A stretch of DNA of 64,000 nucleotides from positions 1-64,000 of the forward strand of contig CAWHWX010000019.1 of assembly GCA_963833125.1 (NCBI GenBank). Direction: 5' to 3'. This DNA comes from Candidatus Bathyarchaeota archaeon. Lineage in GTDB: Archaea > Thermoproteota > Bathyarchaeia > 40CM-2-53-6. The position numbers and the translations under genes were made by a program. Positions 20,065 to 31,262 of this stretch are shown one piece after another (within the stretch, counting starts at the first letter, position 1; each line of letters begins with the position of its first letter). The notes under the pieces are model-generated. The model was not told the DNA's origin. It saw only the letters and a list, made by a program, of their open reading frames with translations, and ran no database searches.

Positions 20065-20649
20065 TTAACGCGACGCTAGGGCTACTCGTTCCATCTCGTC
20101 GCGTTTCCGCACTGCGAAACTTCTATTGTCCCGTTGGGCGGCGTACACAAGTTCTTCAGCGAGACATTCGTCGATAGTCTTCGGGTTACTGTAAGCCCCC
20201 TTACGTGCGCCATCAGTCATGAAGCGCAATGCAATGTCGATTCTTCTCTGCGGGGCGATGTCAACTGAGATTGGGTAGACGATGCCACCGTAGGCGACAC
20301 GTGTAACGTCCTCCGCGGGAGCTGCATTTTCAACGGCTTTGACCAGGACCTCTATGGGGTTCCTGCCCGTTTTCAGGTTGATGATTTCCATAGCATTTCG
20401 CACTATTCCAATCGCCTTCGCCTTCTTACCTCCAACCCTTCCGGGGCGCATCATGTTGTCGACAAGGCGTTCCACAATGTTCAGCTGGGACTTGCGAAAT
20501 CGCTTATGTTCATGCCGTCCACCGCTATGAGGGTTAAGGATGGGTTTCGATGAAAGATATTTGTCCAGTCCGGGATCTGTGACCTCGATGCCTTCGGTAC
20601 CCCATTTCTCGAACACCTTGATCTCGGGCGGTTTCCTACTCATGAACAC
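20065..20649 (-). CDS. rps7: 30S ribosomal protein uS7
   Basis: IVERLV..M, NPIEVLVKAVENAAP, VDIAPQRRID. Confidence 0.97.
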   Translation of the reverse strand: MFMSRKPPEIKVFEKWGTEGIEVTDPGLDKYLSSKPILNPHSGGRHEHKRFRKSQLNIVERLVDNMMRPGRVGGKKAKAIGIVRNAMEIINLKTGRNPIEVLVKAVENAAPAEDVTRVAYGGIVYPISVDIAPQRRIDIALRFMTDGARKGAYSNPKTIDECLAEELVYAAQRDNRSFAVRKRDEMERVALASR

Positions 20650-20736
20650 AGACCTCTTCTACGCTGATTTTCGATAGGCTACCCGATTCGCCGTATTAAG
20701 CGTTAATATCGGGAAAAGCTGGCGAACCTTACGCCG

Positions 20737-21889
20737 TTACCGTTTACTTTGCACTGGATACAGGATTATCGATATCAAAATCAGTGTGTACATCCCACCG
20801 GCAAACCACGAGAATCCGTACCCGAATGATAGAACCAGTAGGGCGAATATTATCGGAGAGATAAATCCAGCTAACATCTGAATGGTGTTTACCCAGCTTA
20901 CCGCCAGGGATTCGTATTCGGCCGATGCCGCCATGCTATCACGCGCGGCCAAATATCCGACGGTGAATGCGCCACTGCCGAACCCACCAAGAATGCTTGA
21001 AGCTACCGCAAATGGTACTGTACCTATGGCATCTAGTGCTAATGCGGTTGCTAAAATTATTCCCAAAGATAAGAATAGCAACCGAGCGTTCTTGGTCCTG
21101 CTGTAGAGCATTCCGCATAGAGGAGAAATGACGATCGCACACAACGGGGTGAGGCTGCCGATGATGCCCGCGAAGCTTGGGCTGAGATGAAGCGACTGTT
21201 CAAGATAATAGACCATGAAGCTGCTAAGTAGAAACGTGCCTGATCCGAAACCGAACAATTCAAGTGAGATCAGATACCAACCATCGATTTGATAGAATCC
21301 TACGCAAATCATCCGCCTTAACCACGAAATCCGATCGCAACTCATCTTTTGGAACCTTCAGGAAGATGAGTAGGGCTCCCAAGAGACTCAGCGCGCCACT
21401 CATTATCAGGCTGAATCTCCAGCCACCCATCTCCGCTAGGACTGACCATGCGAAGAGGCCTAGTGTTCCTCCAACGTAGAAGGCACTCTGGAATGTGCCT
21501 ACCCCGAATCCCTGAGATTCGCGCCTAAAGGTTCGGGCAATCAATGTCACTCCTGGAGCAAAGAAAAAGGCGGAACCTACTCCAACTATGAACCTGAGGA
21601 TTACGAGTTGGTAGAAATCGGACGTGAGAGCTGTTGCCAGGATGGCGATCGATGCAATTAGCACGCCCAGGATCGCGGTGTTCTTTGCTCCGTACTTGGC
21701 TGCAATAATGCCGCCAGGGACTTGGAACAATCCGACGCCGATATAGAAACATGCGGCGACAACTCCCAGCCCTGAAACATTCAAGTTGAAATCATAAGCT
21801 ATGAACGCAAAGAGAGCCGCGATGTTATACCAGTTAACCGCGTAAATGGTTCGAGAGAAGAAAAGGGAAGTGTATGCGTCTGCGGTCAA
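20737..21889 (-). CDS. MFS transporter (frameshift near 21270)
   Basis: GGIIAAKYGAK motif A, LRFIVGVG; 12 TM over two frames. Confidence 0.85.
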
Positions 21890-22072
21890 TCAAACGCTTC
21901 AGCGTCGCCCAACTCGCAATGGCGAGCGCATCTGCAATTGAAACTAAAGAACACTCCTAACCGTTTTGCGGCTTGCGATCGTTCAGTACGCATTCGCGTT
22001 GATTGATCGGACAGGGTCATAGAAGACGCGGGGTTCGCAAGTCAGCCCATTGCAGATCAAGGCGATGGGGAG

Positions 22073-22882
22073 TTAGAACATCAGTTGGCCACCAGTCACG
22101 TTAATTGCCTGTCCGGTCATGTAATCCGCGTCGTGGCTGCATAGGAAAGCGACTGCGGTGGCTACATCTTCAGCGGTGGCCAATCGGCCTAACGGAACCT
22201 GGGCGATGTAACCTGCCTTTACTTTCTCGGGGGTGGTGCCCGAGAGTTGTGCTTCCCAGACCAATTCTCTCTCTTGCATGCTAGTTTGCACATAGCCGGG
22301 GCAGACGCAGTTCACGTTTATCCTGTGGGGTGCGAGTTCCAATGCAACCGCTTTCGTGAATCCTACGACCGCGAACTTCGAAGCGGTGTAGTGCGATAGG
22401 AAGGTGGCCGGCATCTTTCCGGCCATCGATGCTACGTTCACGATTTTTCTATTCTCACCTCGTGAAGCTGTTTTGAGCATTCTTCTTGCGACGGCTTGAG
22501 TTACTAAGAACACTCCTTTCGCATTCACGTCCATATTGAAATCCCAGTCCTTCTCCGTTAAGTCAACGAGTCTATTCATGGTTGAGACGCCAGCATTGTT
22601 AATCAGCAAGTCTATGGGCCCGGATGTTTTCCAGGCCTTCCCTACTGCTTCCTCAACCTCCCTGGCGTTCGTGACGTCAAGTTTGAAAGGTGTCGAAAAT
22701 CCCTTTGCCTTCGTGACTTCAGCGACTGTATTTTGTGCCCATTCAAAGTTAAGGTCCGTTACATTGACCTTGGCTCCTTCAGACCCGAGCCGCAAAGCAA
22801 TCGCACGGCCTATCCCGCTTCCAGCCCCAGTGACGAAAGCTATCTTTCCTTCAAATCGCAACGTGGCAACCTGCATTAGCAA
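22073..22882 (-). CDS. Short-chain dehydrogenase/reductase
   Basis: TGAGSGIG, NNAG, YTASK, PG. Confidence 0.92.
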   Translation of the reverse strand: MLMQVATLRFEGKIAFVTGAGSGIGRAIALRLGSEGAKVNVTDLNFEWAQNTVAEVTKAKGFSTPFKLDVTNAREVEEAVGKAWKTSGPIDLLINNAGVSTMNRLVDLTEKDWDFNMDVNAKGVFLVTQAVARRMLKTASRGENRKIVNVASMAGKMPATFLSHYTASKFAVVGFTKAVALELAPHRINVNCVCPGYVQTSMQERELVWEAQLSGTTPEKVKAGYIAQVPLGRLATAEDVATAVAFLCSHDADYMTGQAINVTGGQLMF

Positions 22883-22982
22883 TCAGTTTGCCGAGTAAAA
22901 TGCTCTTCTCTATCCCTATCTAGGAAGACACGGCAGCAAATTCCAGAAATCACAGCGAGAGTGTAAATAGACCAACCAAGCG

Positions 22983-24182
22983 ATGATCGATCGAGCGGGT
23001 TACTGGATATTGGTCGAGAATGCTGATCTGGTGATAGTGGGTGGTGGCTGCATAGGTTGCAGCACCGCTTTTCATGCCGCAAGATTAGACCGTAGCTTGA
23101 AAATAATTCTCCTCGAACGTCAACACGTTGCGTGGGGTACCACGGGCAGATCTACTGCTATTGTTCGCCAACATTACAGCAACCCGGAAACTGCCGGGAT
23201 GGCGTTGGAAAGTCTGAAGGTGTTCGAAAGTTTTCCGGAGGCTGTGGGAGGGGACGCTGGTTTCACGCGAACAGGCTTCACGTTGGCGGTTGGGAGTAAG
23301 GATGAGGGGGCTCTGCGGAGAAATGTGGAGATGCAGCGAAGGTTAGGCATCGAGACATCTGTACTCGAGCCTGGCGAGCTGAAGAAGCTTCAGCCAGATG
23401 TGAACGTTGAGGGATTAACAGCGGCTGCATACGAACCCCGTTCAGGATACGCAGATCCCGTAGCCACCACCCAATCTTTCAGTAAAGCAGCAGAAAAACT
23501 CGGCGTCAACATCCTAGAGCAAACAAAAGTCTTGGAAATCCTTGAATCGGGTGGTACGGTGAGGGGGGTCAGGACTGAGAAGGGTGAGATAGCGGCCAGC
23601 CGAGTCGTGAACACGGCAAACGTTTGGGCGAATCAGATCATGCCGGCGAACCACCCCAAGCTTCCGATCCGCGTTCTGAAGGAGCAGAGTTGCATCTTCC
23701 TCAAGCCTCCGGACTTGATTGGGAAGTTGACCGTTTGGGGTGACTTCACAAGCGGGTTCTACTTCTGCCCCAAAGGGCCAGAGAGGCTGCTTACCGGTTC
23801 CTTGGAATCGAACTTGCCGGAGGTTGCTGATCCCGACAACTGCGAAGGAGTTGATTACGAGACCGTTACAACTTACTCTGAAAAACTCGTAAACCGTTTA
23901 CCCGCCATGGCTCGTGGGCGATGGGAGAGAGGTTGGTCAGGCGCTTACGATGTGACTCCTGACTGGCATCCAATCCTTGACGAATCCTCAGAGGTCAAGG
24001 GATTGTACATTGCCGCTGGTTTCAGCGGTCACGGTTTCAAACTATCTCCCGCAGTAGGCAAACGCATGGCTCAATTTGCTCTGAGTGGCAACAAACCCGA
24101 AAGTCTGAGACCATTTTCCTCGAGCAGATTCTCTGAAGGGAATACACTAATCGGACAATACGAATCAAACATAATTGCATAG
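22983..24182 (+). CDS. FAD-dependent amine oxidoreductase (DadA/sarcosine oxidase beta-like)
   Basis: GGGCIG, TPDWHPI, GFSGHGFK. Confidence 0.88.
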   Translation: MIDRAGYWILVENADLVIVGGGCIGCSTAFHAARLDRSLKIILLERQHVAWGTTGRSTAIVRQHYSNPETAGMALESLKVFESFPEAVGGDAGFTRTGFTLAVGSKDEGALRRNVEMQRRLGIETSVLEPGELKKLQPDVNVEGLTAAAYEPRSGYADPVATTQSFSKAAEKLGVNILEQTKVLEILESGGTVRGVRTEKGEIAASRVVNTANVWANQIMPANHPKLPIRVLKEQSCIFLKPPDLIGKLTVWGDFTSGFYFCPKGPERLLTGSLESNLPEVADPDNCEGVDYETVTTYSEKLVNRLPAMARGRWERGWSGAYDVTPDWHPILDESSEVKGLYIAAGFSGHGFKLSPAVGKRMAQFALSGNKPESLRPFSSSRFSEGNTLIGQYESNIIA

Positions 24183-24231
24183 AACACTCTCGTCGGCAGT
24201 AGATTCGGTCTCAATTGGGTCCGGCTTGAAT

Positions 24232-24501
24232 TCACTTTCTCCGTTGTAGAATCAGGCCCGCTATGATAGACAGGTAACCGATCGTTCTCAACGGAATTAG
24301 AATTGTTTGAAGTCCGAGCCCCAAAATAGTTAGCGCGTATGAGAATGCGAAGATGCAGAAAGCGATCGCCACCCACAATACTAACGGGCCTTTCTTCTCC
24401 CTGTAGACAAAAATGCTGAGGAACAGTATACCGAGATCGAACAACAAGTTCAATACGATAACTGGATCTAGAACCAATTCAATCATCATGCGCCCTTTCA
24501 T
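24232..24501 (-). CDS. Small 3-TM membrane protein
   Basis: Three hydrophobic segments. Confidence 0.65.
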   Translation of the reverse strand: MKGRMMIELVLDPVIVLNLLFDLGILFLSIFVYREKKGPLVLWVAIAFCIFAFSYALTILGLGLQTILIPLRTIGYLSIIAGLILQRRK

Positions 24502-24763
24502 AACCGCGAAATGTTAAATCTTCCCACACATTTCCTGCCATAACTTCGTTGCATGTCTCTCAACCCCCATCTTTCTCGTCCTACCAGGAGCTTTCCGATC
24601 CGGAATTCTAGCAGTGGACTGCGGTGGCAGGAATAATTGCTCCCTATCGCCATCTCGCGGCCGACTGTTGCACGATGGATGGAATCCTGACTGGTAGCCA
24701 TCGCTTCAGGGTGCTCAATTTGGGTAACAACGATGCTGCGATACTTCATCATTGGAGAGGTAT

Positions 24764-25090
24764 GGCGGTGGCAGCATCCCCGTTGAATTGGTATTCTTCG
24801 CACCGGCGGTTTCCTCAGAATTTCCTAAACCCTGTGATCCCATCAGCGCCTGGGCGCTCGCCTTACGACTGCTCTCTTCCGAGCCTCATCGGGTTCGACG
24901 ATGAAGAAGTGGACCCTTCTCTTCAGAAGGGTTCCCAACTTACGCTGGCCCGGTGGGGCAGAATCTCATCGTTGACCCTGAAGGCTTACCGATGTCCAGA
25001 GCTACCTTTCCCCCGGGTTAACGGGTCCCCGCGTGTAGCCGATTTCGGGTCACAGGGAACGGCTGGCTCCCCGATCCTCCTACCACCGCC
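24764..25090 (-). ncRNA. ffs: Archaeal SRP (7S) RNA
   Basis: Terminal helix GGCGGTGG/CCACCGCC, Alu-domain CCCTGTGACCCGAAATCGG, helix 8 GGCTCGGAAGAGAGCAG, TTTATA box upstream. Confidence 0.92.
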
Positions 25091-25133
25091 AAATGAAACT
25101 CATCGTGGTTATCATATAAACGGCACTCGCAGC

Positions 25134-26072
25134 TCAAGGAGAGTACGCTACGTACGCCATTACCTGAAGCATAACGCATGCTTCACACAATTCGTGCGGA
25201 GTTGGATCTCCACATTTCTCGCACTCCTTCAGATCGGCCAGGGGTGCTTGGGCAACAAGTAGAGTTCGCAATCTCTCAGCTGACTTCTGAAGCGTAAACT
25301 TGCTGCCTGGATGTTTCAAATCCATCTGGTTCAGGAAACTGCGGATATCGTTCCTCAACGCCTCATGGCCATGGGGGCAAGTGATACTTTGAAACTCGGT
25401 TCCAGTCAAGTATGCGTAGAGTACGATTTCTTTCTCAGGTATCTCACCTAGCGGTTTGATGTGCGGCAGAAACTTGCCCCTAGGATCCCGTAGAACTGGG
25501 CCTGAGCGGACGATCCTTACCGGGTCGCCGTGCAACATATTCAGTAGAATCGTCTGAACCTCATCGTCTAGGTTGTGGGCGGTCGCTATCTTTGTCGCCC
25601 CAACCATCGTCGCCGCCCTGTTGATCGCCTTCCTGCGAAATACGCCGCAATATGAGCAAGGTGTCTGCCCTAACTTCATCCCAGCGATCTCGTCAGTAGT
25701 AATCCCGAACAGGTCGCGGTACGAAACAACCACCTGCCTTACTCCAAGCCTATCACAAGCCTTCCGCGCCAAGTCCAGCGCTTCATCCCTGTACCCATCA
25801 ATCCCCTCATCCACGCTAACCGCAGTTAGCTTAGTTCGCGGGAATCTTTCCTCAAGTTTTACAAGAAGATTCAGCAGCGTGAGGCTGTCCTTTCCGCCAG
25901 AAACTGCGACTGCAATGTGGTCGTTGTACTCCAGCATCTTGTGCCTGATAACGGTTTTGCGGAAGCGTTCCTCTATCGTTTCACGAAAGCACTTCGCACA
26001 GAATTTCACTCCTTCATGCTCGCGCACGTATACTGCTTGGCCTGGGCAGTAGGAACAAGTTGCGGCCGCCAT
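25134..26072 (-). CDS. TtuA/Ncs6-family tRNA 2-thiolation protein (TIGR00269-like)
   Basis: SGGKDS PP-loop, CSYCGVFRR, AHNLDDE, terminal zinc fingers. Confidence 0.92.
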   Translation of the reverse strand: MAAATCSYCPGQAVYVREHEGVKFCAKCFRETIEERFRKTVIRHKMLEYNDHIAVAVSGGKDSLTLLNLLVKLEERFPRTKLTAVSVDEGIDGYRDEALDLARKACDRLGVRQVVVSYRDLFGITTDEIAGMKLGQTPCSYCGVFRRKAINRAATMVGATKIATAHNLDDEVQTILLNMLHGDPVRIVRSGPVLRDPRGKFLPHIKPLGEIPEKEIVLYAYLTGTEFQSITCPHGHEALRNDIRSFLNQMDLKHPGSKFTLQKSAERLRTLLVAQAPLADLKECEKCGDPTPHELCEACVMLQVMAYVAYSP

Positions 26073-26077
26073 CGTAT

Positions 26078-27235
26078 TCAGTACCTTAGGAAGCCGAATC
26101 TAAGGAATGATATGATTAGATTCAGGGCCAGTAGAGCTATTGACGCAGCATACATGGTCATTCGAACTTCTTTGGCCCTCTTGATCCGGAGTGTATCCAA
26201 GATAACTTCTAGGTACTTGGCTCCGTCGAATGGGGGCATCGGTAGCATGTTGATGAAAGCAACGCTGATGAGGACGTTAGCGAGCCAGAACTCCGCTTCG
26301 CTGACGGTCTGGGGATAGCTTGATGAGAGAAAAGGTATCCTAGGAGCATAAGCGTCGCTTAGCCCAATCCCAATCAACGCGTGAGAGGAATTGCTCGGGT
26401 CCACAGTTGTCTTGACTAGAAACGTCCCTCGCTGAGTTCCAAGTGAAATCGCCTCCCCAGGGGTTACAGCGGCCATGTACCTCCGGAGGTCTGTGACGTT
26501 GGAAATTCTTGTGGAGTTTATACTCGTCACTGTATCACCAACATGGAGCCCCGAGCTGAACACGGGCAGGGTGGGCGAGATTGAATTTATGGTGACACCA
26601 CCATTGGTGTAGAACACCGCGGTCGTCGCAGCGAAGTTCGCGAGCAGAAACAGAAAAAGAACCCCAAGCACAGCGTTCGTGTAGGAGCCAGCGGCGAAGA
26701 CTCGAAGCTTGGAAACGTTCTTTGCCTGATTCAATTTTTCTTCTTCGGGTTCAACAAATCCCCCCATTACTACATGTGCAAAAATCAAGCCGGTAGACTT
26801 GAGCGGAATGTGATCGGCTAGGCTGGCGATTCCGTGTGATAATTCGTGGGATGCGAGGAGCACGGACAACGCCAGGGCTAGATACGGGAAGGTTTCGAAG
26901 GAAACGCCGACGCCCGGTATTGGTATGATTGGTTGAATGGGCCCGGCCTGTTGGGGCTTGATTATGAGGAATGTCAAATTCTTGCCGAGGAAATCGAATG
27001 CCATTATCATAAGTCCGGCCGCGGTAACGATACCGACGTTCCAAATCGTACGCCAAGCAGTAGGCCTGAACGCAGCGATTCTTTCAATCCATTTGTTCAA
27101 GCGAGCCGTTCGGTAAATTAGGTAGTAAGGCGGCCCTGAGATTCCAAATCTCTCCGCCCTGAAAGCCCACCATGCGATGCATATGACGGCCCAGACGGCA
27201 AGGTAGCTGACGAGAATAATTAGGGGTGAGGTCAA
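26078..27235 (-). CDS. Site-2 (M50) protease with PDZ domain
   Basis: HELSH, FAAG, NMLPMPPFDG. Confidence 0.9.
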   Translation of the reverse strand: MTSPLIILVSYLAVWAVICIAWWAFRAERFGISGPPYYLIYRTARLNKWIERIAAFRPTAWRTIWNVGIVTAAGLMIMAFDFLGKNLTFLIIKPQQAGPIQPIIPIPGVGVSFETFPYLALALSVLLASHELSHGIASLADHIPLKSTGLIFAHVVMGGFVEPEEEKLNQAKNVSKLRVFAAGSYTNAVLGVLFLFLLANFAATTAVFYTNGGVTINSISPTLPVFSSGLHVGDTVTSINSTRISNVTDLRRYMAAVTPGEAISLGTQRGTFLVKTTVDPSNSSHALIGIGLSDAYAPRIPFLSSSYPQTVSEAEFWLANVLISVAFINMLPMPPFDGAKYLEVILDTLRIKRAKEVRMTMYAASIALLALNLIISFLRFGFLRY

Positions 27236-27250
27236 TCTGGGTCTTCGGCA

Positions 27251-27832
27251 GTGAAATTAGGGTGTTCAACTAAAACATTGCTGGGACACAACATCGCTCG
27301 CGTTCTCGTATTGTCAACTTGTAGCAGCAGAGGGGAAACAGGAGTGATTGCGCGAGAGCTCGTGAAGAGAATGCTCGCAGCATGCGTGAACATACCCCCC
27401 GTGACATCGGTCTTTCGTTGGAATAATAAACTCCAGAACGAATCCGAGTGACTATTGATAATCAAGACGCGATCCGAATTATTTGCAAGACTCAAAGCAC
27501 GAATCTCAAAACTTAACCAAGCTCAGGCCCCAGAAATCGTCTCCCTGAAGATCAACGACGGCTTAACTTCTTACCTCAAATGGCTAGATAGTGAAACACA
27601 CGAGAGAATAATGCATTGCACCAAAAAAATCGGGGAATGCTTAATAGTTCGCCCAAATTATCCGGCGGCTCCGAGCCGGGACAAACAAGTGACCCCAGAA
27701 GAAGAGGACAAGGTCGTCGAAGCTCTGGAAGAGCTCCGCATAAACTACAACCTGAGACAGTGGCGAGTCTGTTCCCTAATCTGTGAATCACTGGCTGACA
27801 AATTCAAATCGATAGCCAACCGTGAAAAATAG
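27251..27832 (+). pseudogene. cutA: CutA divalent-cation tolerance protein with an in-frame TGA and a C-terminal extension
   Basis: LAACVNI..SVFRW..ESE*LLIIKT..PEIV..YLKWL; both ORF halves are in the same frame. Confidence 0.75.
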
Positions 27833-27858
27833 CATCGCTATTGTCCCGGGCATGACGT

Positions 27859-28131
27859 CTAGAGTTCTTTGAGCCTTCGATGAAACTCCATCAGAGCCTT
27901 GGTCTTTTCCTCAGCCTCGTTCAATGTGAATATTTTCATTCCGCGGTCGAAGCGATCGTACAAGAGTATCTTTTCTTTAATCAACGGCTCCACGATCCGT
28001 GCAACGGTGGAGGGTGAAAGGCCGAGAAAGTTAGCTAGGGTTGCTTGGTTGAAGACCCGCTGCATGCCGGAGTTATCTAAGAAGTACTCCAGCAGTTTTA
28101 CTTGTGCTTTCGATTGGAAGACGTCACTCAA
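27859..28131 (-). CDS. Winged-HTH transcriptional regulator
   Basis: NQATLANFLGLSPSTVARIVEPL. Confidence 0.75.
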   Translation of the reverse strand: MSDVFQSKAQVKLLEYFLDNSGMQRVFNQATLANFLGLSPSTVARIVEPLIKEKILLYDRFDRGMKIFTLNEAEEKTKALMEFHRRLKEL

Positions 28132-28151
28132 TTTTGACAGGGGAGAGCCAC

Positions 28152-28829
28152 CTACTTGTGGACGATCCGCGTCCCAATACTCTGTTTTCGTAATGCTTGA
28201 GTGATGTTTGATGTTTTTCTTCCGTCCACTATTACGGTCGAGAGTTTGGAGCGTTCGATTATCCGCAGTGCGAGGGGGTCCATTAGGTCGTATGCGCCTG
28301 CCATAACGCCTGTCTTTGAGAGGATTTCTGTGAGTTGGGTTGTAGAGACTCTTTCCAACTTCTTTGCATGCTTGTCCTTTCCAGGGTCGCTTGTGTACAC
28401 TCCATCGACGTCAGTGGCGTTCACGAAGAGTTCGGCTCCCACGGTTTCCGCGGCTATGGCGGCAACCGCGTTTGTCGAGTGTCCCGGTGTTAGGCCTCCC
28501 ATCGCCACGATTTTTCCGGATGCGAAGTAGTGCTTCAACTCGACTACGTCGACGGGGATCTCTGGGAATGCATTTTCTCCCAAGCCGTCAGCGAGGAGTC
28601 GTGCATTCAACCTGCTCACGAGGATTCCGAGTTGGTCGCACAAAGCCTCTGAAACGCCCATACTTCGAGCCGCCTTGATGTAGCTGCGTGCAGTCTCCCC
28701 ACCTCCTGTGACAACTACGAGATGGTGCTCCGCAGCTAACTTTCTCAGTAACCTGACGTATCCTGCGACTAGGGGCTTCTCCAACCCAGGTGGGAAGGCG
28801 AAACCACCCAGTTTGATGACCGCTTTCAA
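28152..28829 (-). CDS. pyrH: UMP kinase
   Basis: VIKLGG, VTGGGETAR, PGHST, VDGVY.SDP. Confidence 0.95.
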   Translation of the reverse strand: MKAVIKLGGFAFPPGLEKPLVAGYVRLLRKLAAEHHLVVVTGGGETARSYIKAARSMGVSEALCDQLGILVSRLNARLLADGLGENAFPEIPVDVVELKHYFASGKIVAMGGLTPGHSTNAVAAIAAETVGAELFVNATDVDGVYTSDPGKDKHAKKLERVSTTQLTEILSKTGVMAGAYDLMDPLALRIIERSKLSTVIVDGRKTSNITQALRKQSIGTRIVHK

Positions 28830-28944
28830 CGATCGTTCCCTGTCAGTAAGTGTTCTTGGGGGTGTTATTTGATTTCTCAAACCCCGACCCGTTGACCAAC
28901 GTATATAAAATCCGCAACGTATCGAGTCCCCAGTGTAATTTCCA

Positions 28945-30201
28945 ATGTCAGCTACCGCCGACTCAGTCTCACGATTTCGGCTCAAAAGGACATTGGAAAT
29001 GCTGGCATCCAAAGAAGGACGCGGTACAGAACTTATCACGCTTTACGTGCCTCCGGGGAGGAGGATTCACGAGGTGATGGCAAACCTGCGGGAGGAGTAC
29101 GGGACCGCCTCTAACATCAAATCCCGTACCACTAGAAAGAACGTTCAGGATGCTATTGATAGGACAACTCAACGGCTGAAATTATTCAAAGAACCTCCTA
29201 AGAATGGACTTGTGATTTTCTGCGGGGCCATTCCAAGGGATGGGGCCGGAACCGAGAAGATGGAAACCTACGTTCTAGAACCTCCTGAGCCAATAAATGT
29301 CTACTTCTATCGTTGCGACGCTAAATTTCACACCGAACCCTTGATAGCGATGGTTACAGAGCGCGACGCTTTCGGCGTTATAGTCATTGACTCCCAGGAG
29401 GCAACCGTAGGAATTGTGAGGGGTCAGAGGATGGAGGTTCTGCAAGAATTTACTTCCGGGATACCGGGAAAACACAGGGCCGGGGGCCAATCGGCAAGAC
29501 GATTCGAAAGAATCAGAGAACAAGCAATGAACGACTACTTCAGGCGAGTAGCATCACACTCCTACGAATCACTCAGCAAAGTCCAGGGGTTGAAAGGAAT
29601 AATTCTTGGAGGGCCTGGACCGACAAAATATGACTTCGAAGAAGGCGACTACCTGCAATACCAGCTCAAAGAGAAAATTCTGGCGACGATCGACACCTCC
29701 TACACCGGTGAGCAGGGTGTCGAAGAAATAATCAACAAAAGCCAAGAAATTCTCAAAGGCGTACGCTACTTAGAAGAGAAGAAGCTAGTACAGAAGTTCC
29801 TTTATGAGATCGGACACGAGACAGGTCTCGGCATCTACGGAGAAACCCCGGTTCGTAAATTCTTGAATTCAGGCATTGTTGACTTGCTTCTCGTATCAGA
29901 GAAGATGAATGTCCTACATGTCTTCACTAAGTGCAAGAACTGCAGCAACTTGGATGACTCGCTAATCCCACAAGCAAACCTGGTCAAGTTCGAACAAGAC
30001 CTAATGTCCACTCCTTGCAAGAAGTGCAATGCGACCGCTCTCTACGTTGAAAACTCGGTGGATCTAGTCGACGAGTTAATCGAGATCGCTGAGAAGCAGA
30101 GTGCAAAGATCGCAATAATCTCTACAGAGACAGATGAAGGGGTTATGTTGAAAGACTCATTTGGCGGAATTGCAGCAATCCTACGCTACAAGGCCTCCTA
30201 A
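28945..30201 (+). CDS. prf1: Peptide chain release factor aRF1
   Basis: TASNIKS, YRCD, GGQS motifs. Confidence 0.97.
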   Translation: MSATADSVSRFRLKRTLEMLASKEGRGTELITLYVPPGRRIHEVMANLREEYGTASNIKSRTTRKNVQDAIDRTTQRLKLFKEPPKNGLVIFCGAIPRDGAGTEKMETYVLEPPEPINVYFYRCDAKFHTEPLIAMVTERDAFGVIVIDSQEATVGIVRGQRMEVLQEFTSGIPGKHRAGGQSARRFERIREQAMNDYFRRVASHSYESLSKVQGLKGIILGGPGPTKYDFEEGDYLQYQLKEKILATIDTSYTGEQGVEEIINKSQEILKGVRYLEEKKLVQKFLYEIGHETGLGIYGETPVRKFLNSGIVDLLLVSEKMNVLHVFTKCKNCSNLDDSLIPQANLVKFEQDLMSTPCKKCNATALYVENSVDLVDELIEIAEKQSAKIAIISTETDEGVMLKDSFGGIAAILRYKAS

Positions 30202-30240
30202 ACGAATCAAGTGCCGAAACTGAGGACAGTCCTGTAGAAA

Positions 30241-30654
30241 CTACACTCGTCTGCCTCGTCGGCCGCCCGGCCTGCGGGTGCCATCATGGGGGATTGGAGT
30301 CACGTCCTCGATTCTCCCTATTCTGAATCCGGCGCGAGCGAGCATTCTGATAGCAGCTTGAGCTCCAGGTCCGGGGGTTCTAGCTTTGTGACCTCCAGGG
30401 GCTCTCACCCTAATGTGAAGTGAGGTTATGCCCCTATCCTTCGCTACCCTAGCGGCCGCACCAGCGGCCTGCATCGCAGCATATGGAGAACCCTGAAGTC
30501 GGTCGGCCTTAACATGCTGACCACCGGCGCTGCGAGAGATCGTTTCAGCACCGCTGAGGTCTGTGATGTGAACTAGTGTGTTGTTGAAGGATGAGTAGAT
30601 GTTTGCGATTCCCCAACGTTGAGGAGCCACCGCTTTCTTCTCTGACAATTGCAT
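30241..30654 (-). CDS. rps11: 30S ribosomal protein uS11
   Basis: [30 protein letters not shown]. Confidence 0.97.
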   Translation of the reverse strand: MQLSEKKAVAPQRWGIANIYSSFNNTLVHITDLSGAETISRSAGGQHVKADRLQGSPYAAMQAAGAAARVAKDRGITSLHIRVRAPGGHKARTPGPGAQAAIRMLARAGFRIGRIEDVTPIPHDGTRRPGGRRGRRV

Positions 30655-30773
30655 ACCCTCGCGAACACGTGAAAGAGGCCAGAGCGAATTCGCCGTATTT
30701 AACCTTCTTCACACATCAATTACTCGAAAGTAATTTGGATACACGACTTCCCTTCCACGTGGCTCGTGACTTG

Positions 30774-31262
30774 ATGAACGACGTTCACGTTAGGCGTGCA
30801 AGCCGATACGACCTAGAGTCCATATGTAAGATTGAGGACAGTTCGTTCTCGGACCCATATCCAAAGGCGTTAATGGTTCGTCTTCTTCGCGAACATCCGA
30901 AGGGATTCCTCGTAGCTGAGATTGGTTCAGGGGTAGTGGTGGGTTACTGCGTTTGTTCTACGCAGGGGAAGCTTGCCCATTTGATCTCTATCGGAGTTCT
31001 TCAGGAGTACAGAAGGAGGAAAGTCGCAACTTCCCTCATCCAAGAATTGCTCGTTCAGTTGGGTTCAAGAATTCGGGAGGTTTGGTTGGAAGTGAACACA
31101 GGCAATAAGGAAGCTGTCAAGTTCTATGAGGGGTTTGGCTTCAGGGGAATTATGATCATTGAGAATTATTATTCGGACGGCTCTCCTGCCCTGAGAATGC
31201 GCCTAGCCCTAAACAAGCCAGCCAAAGAGAGTGACATGGTCCCACGGAAGAGGGTTACATGA
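30774..31262 (+). CDS. rimI: RimI/Ard1-like N-acetyltransferase
   Basis: HLISIGV..YRRRKVA, LEV...N..A..FY, YYSDG. Confidence 0.88.
   Translation: MNDVHVRRASRYDLESICKIEDSSFSDPYPKALMVRLLREHPKGFLVAEIGSGVVVGYCVCSTQGKLAHLISIGVLQEYRRRKVATSLIQELLVQLGSRIREVWLEVNTGNKEAVKFYEGFGFRGIMIIENYYSDGSPALRMRLALNKPAKESDMVPRKRVT

Noticed and set aside
24764-25090. BHB intron in the SRP RNA
   Set aside because: The length (about 327 nt) and helix order look normal, and no excisable insert was seen.
24498-25262. ORFs 24624..25262 (+) and 24498..24803 (-)
   Set aside because: They overlap the SRP RNA gene and have no protein-like motifs.
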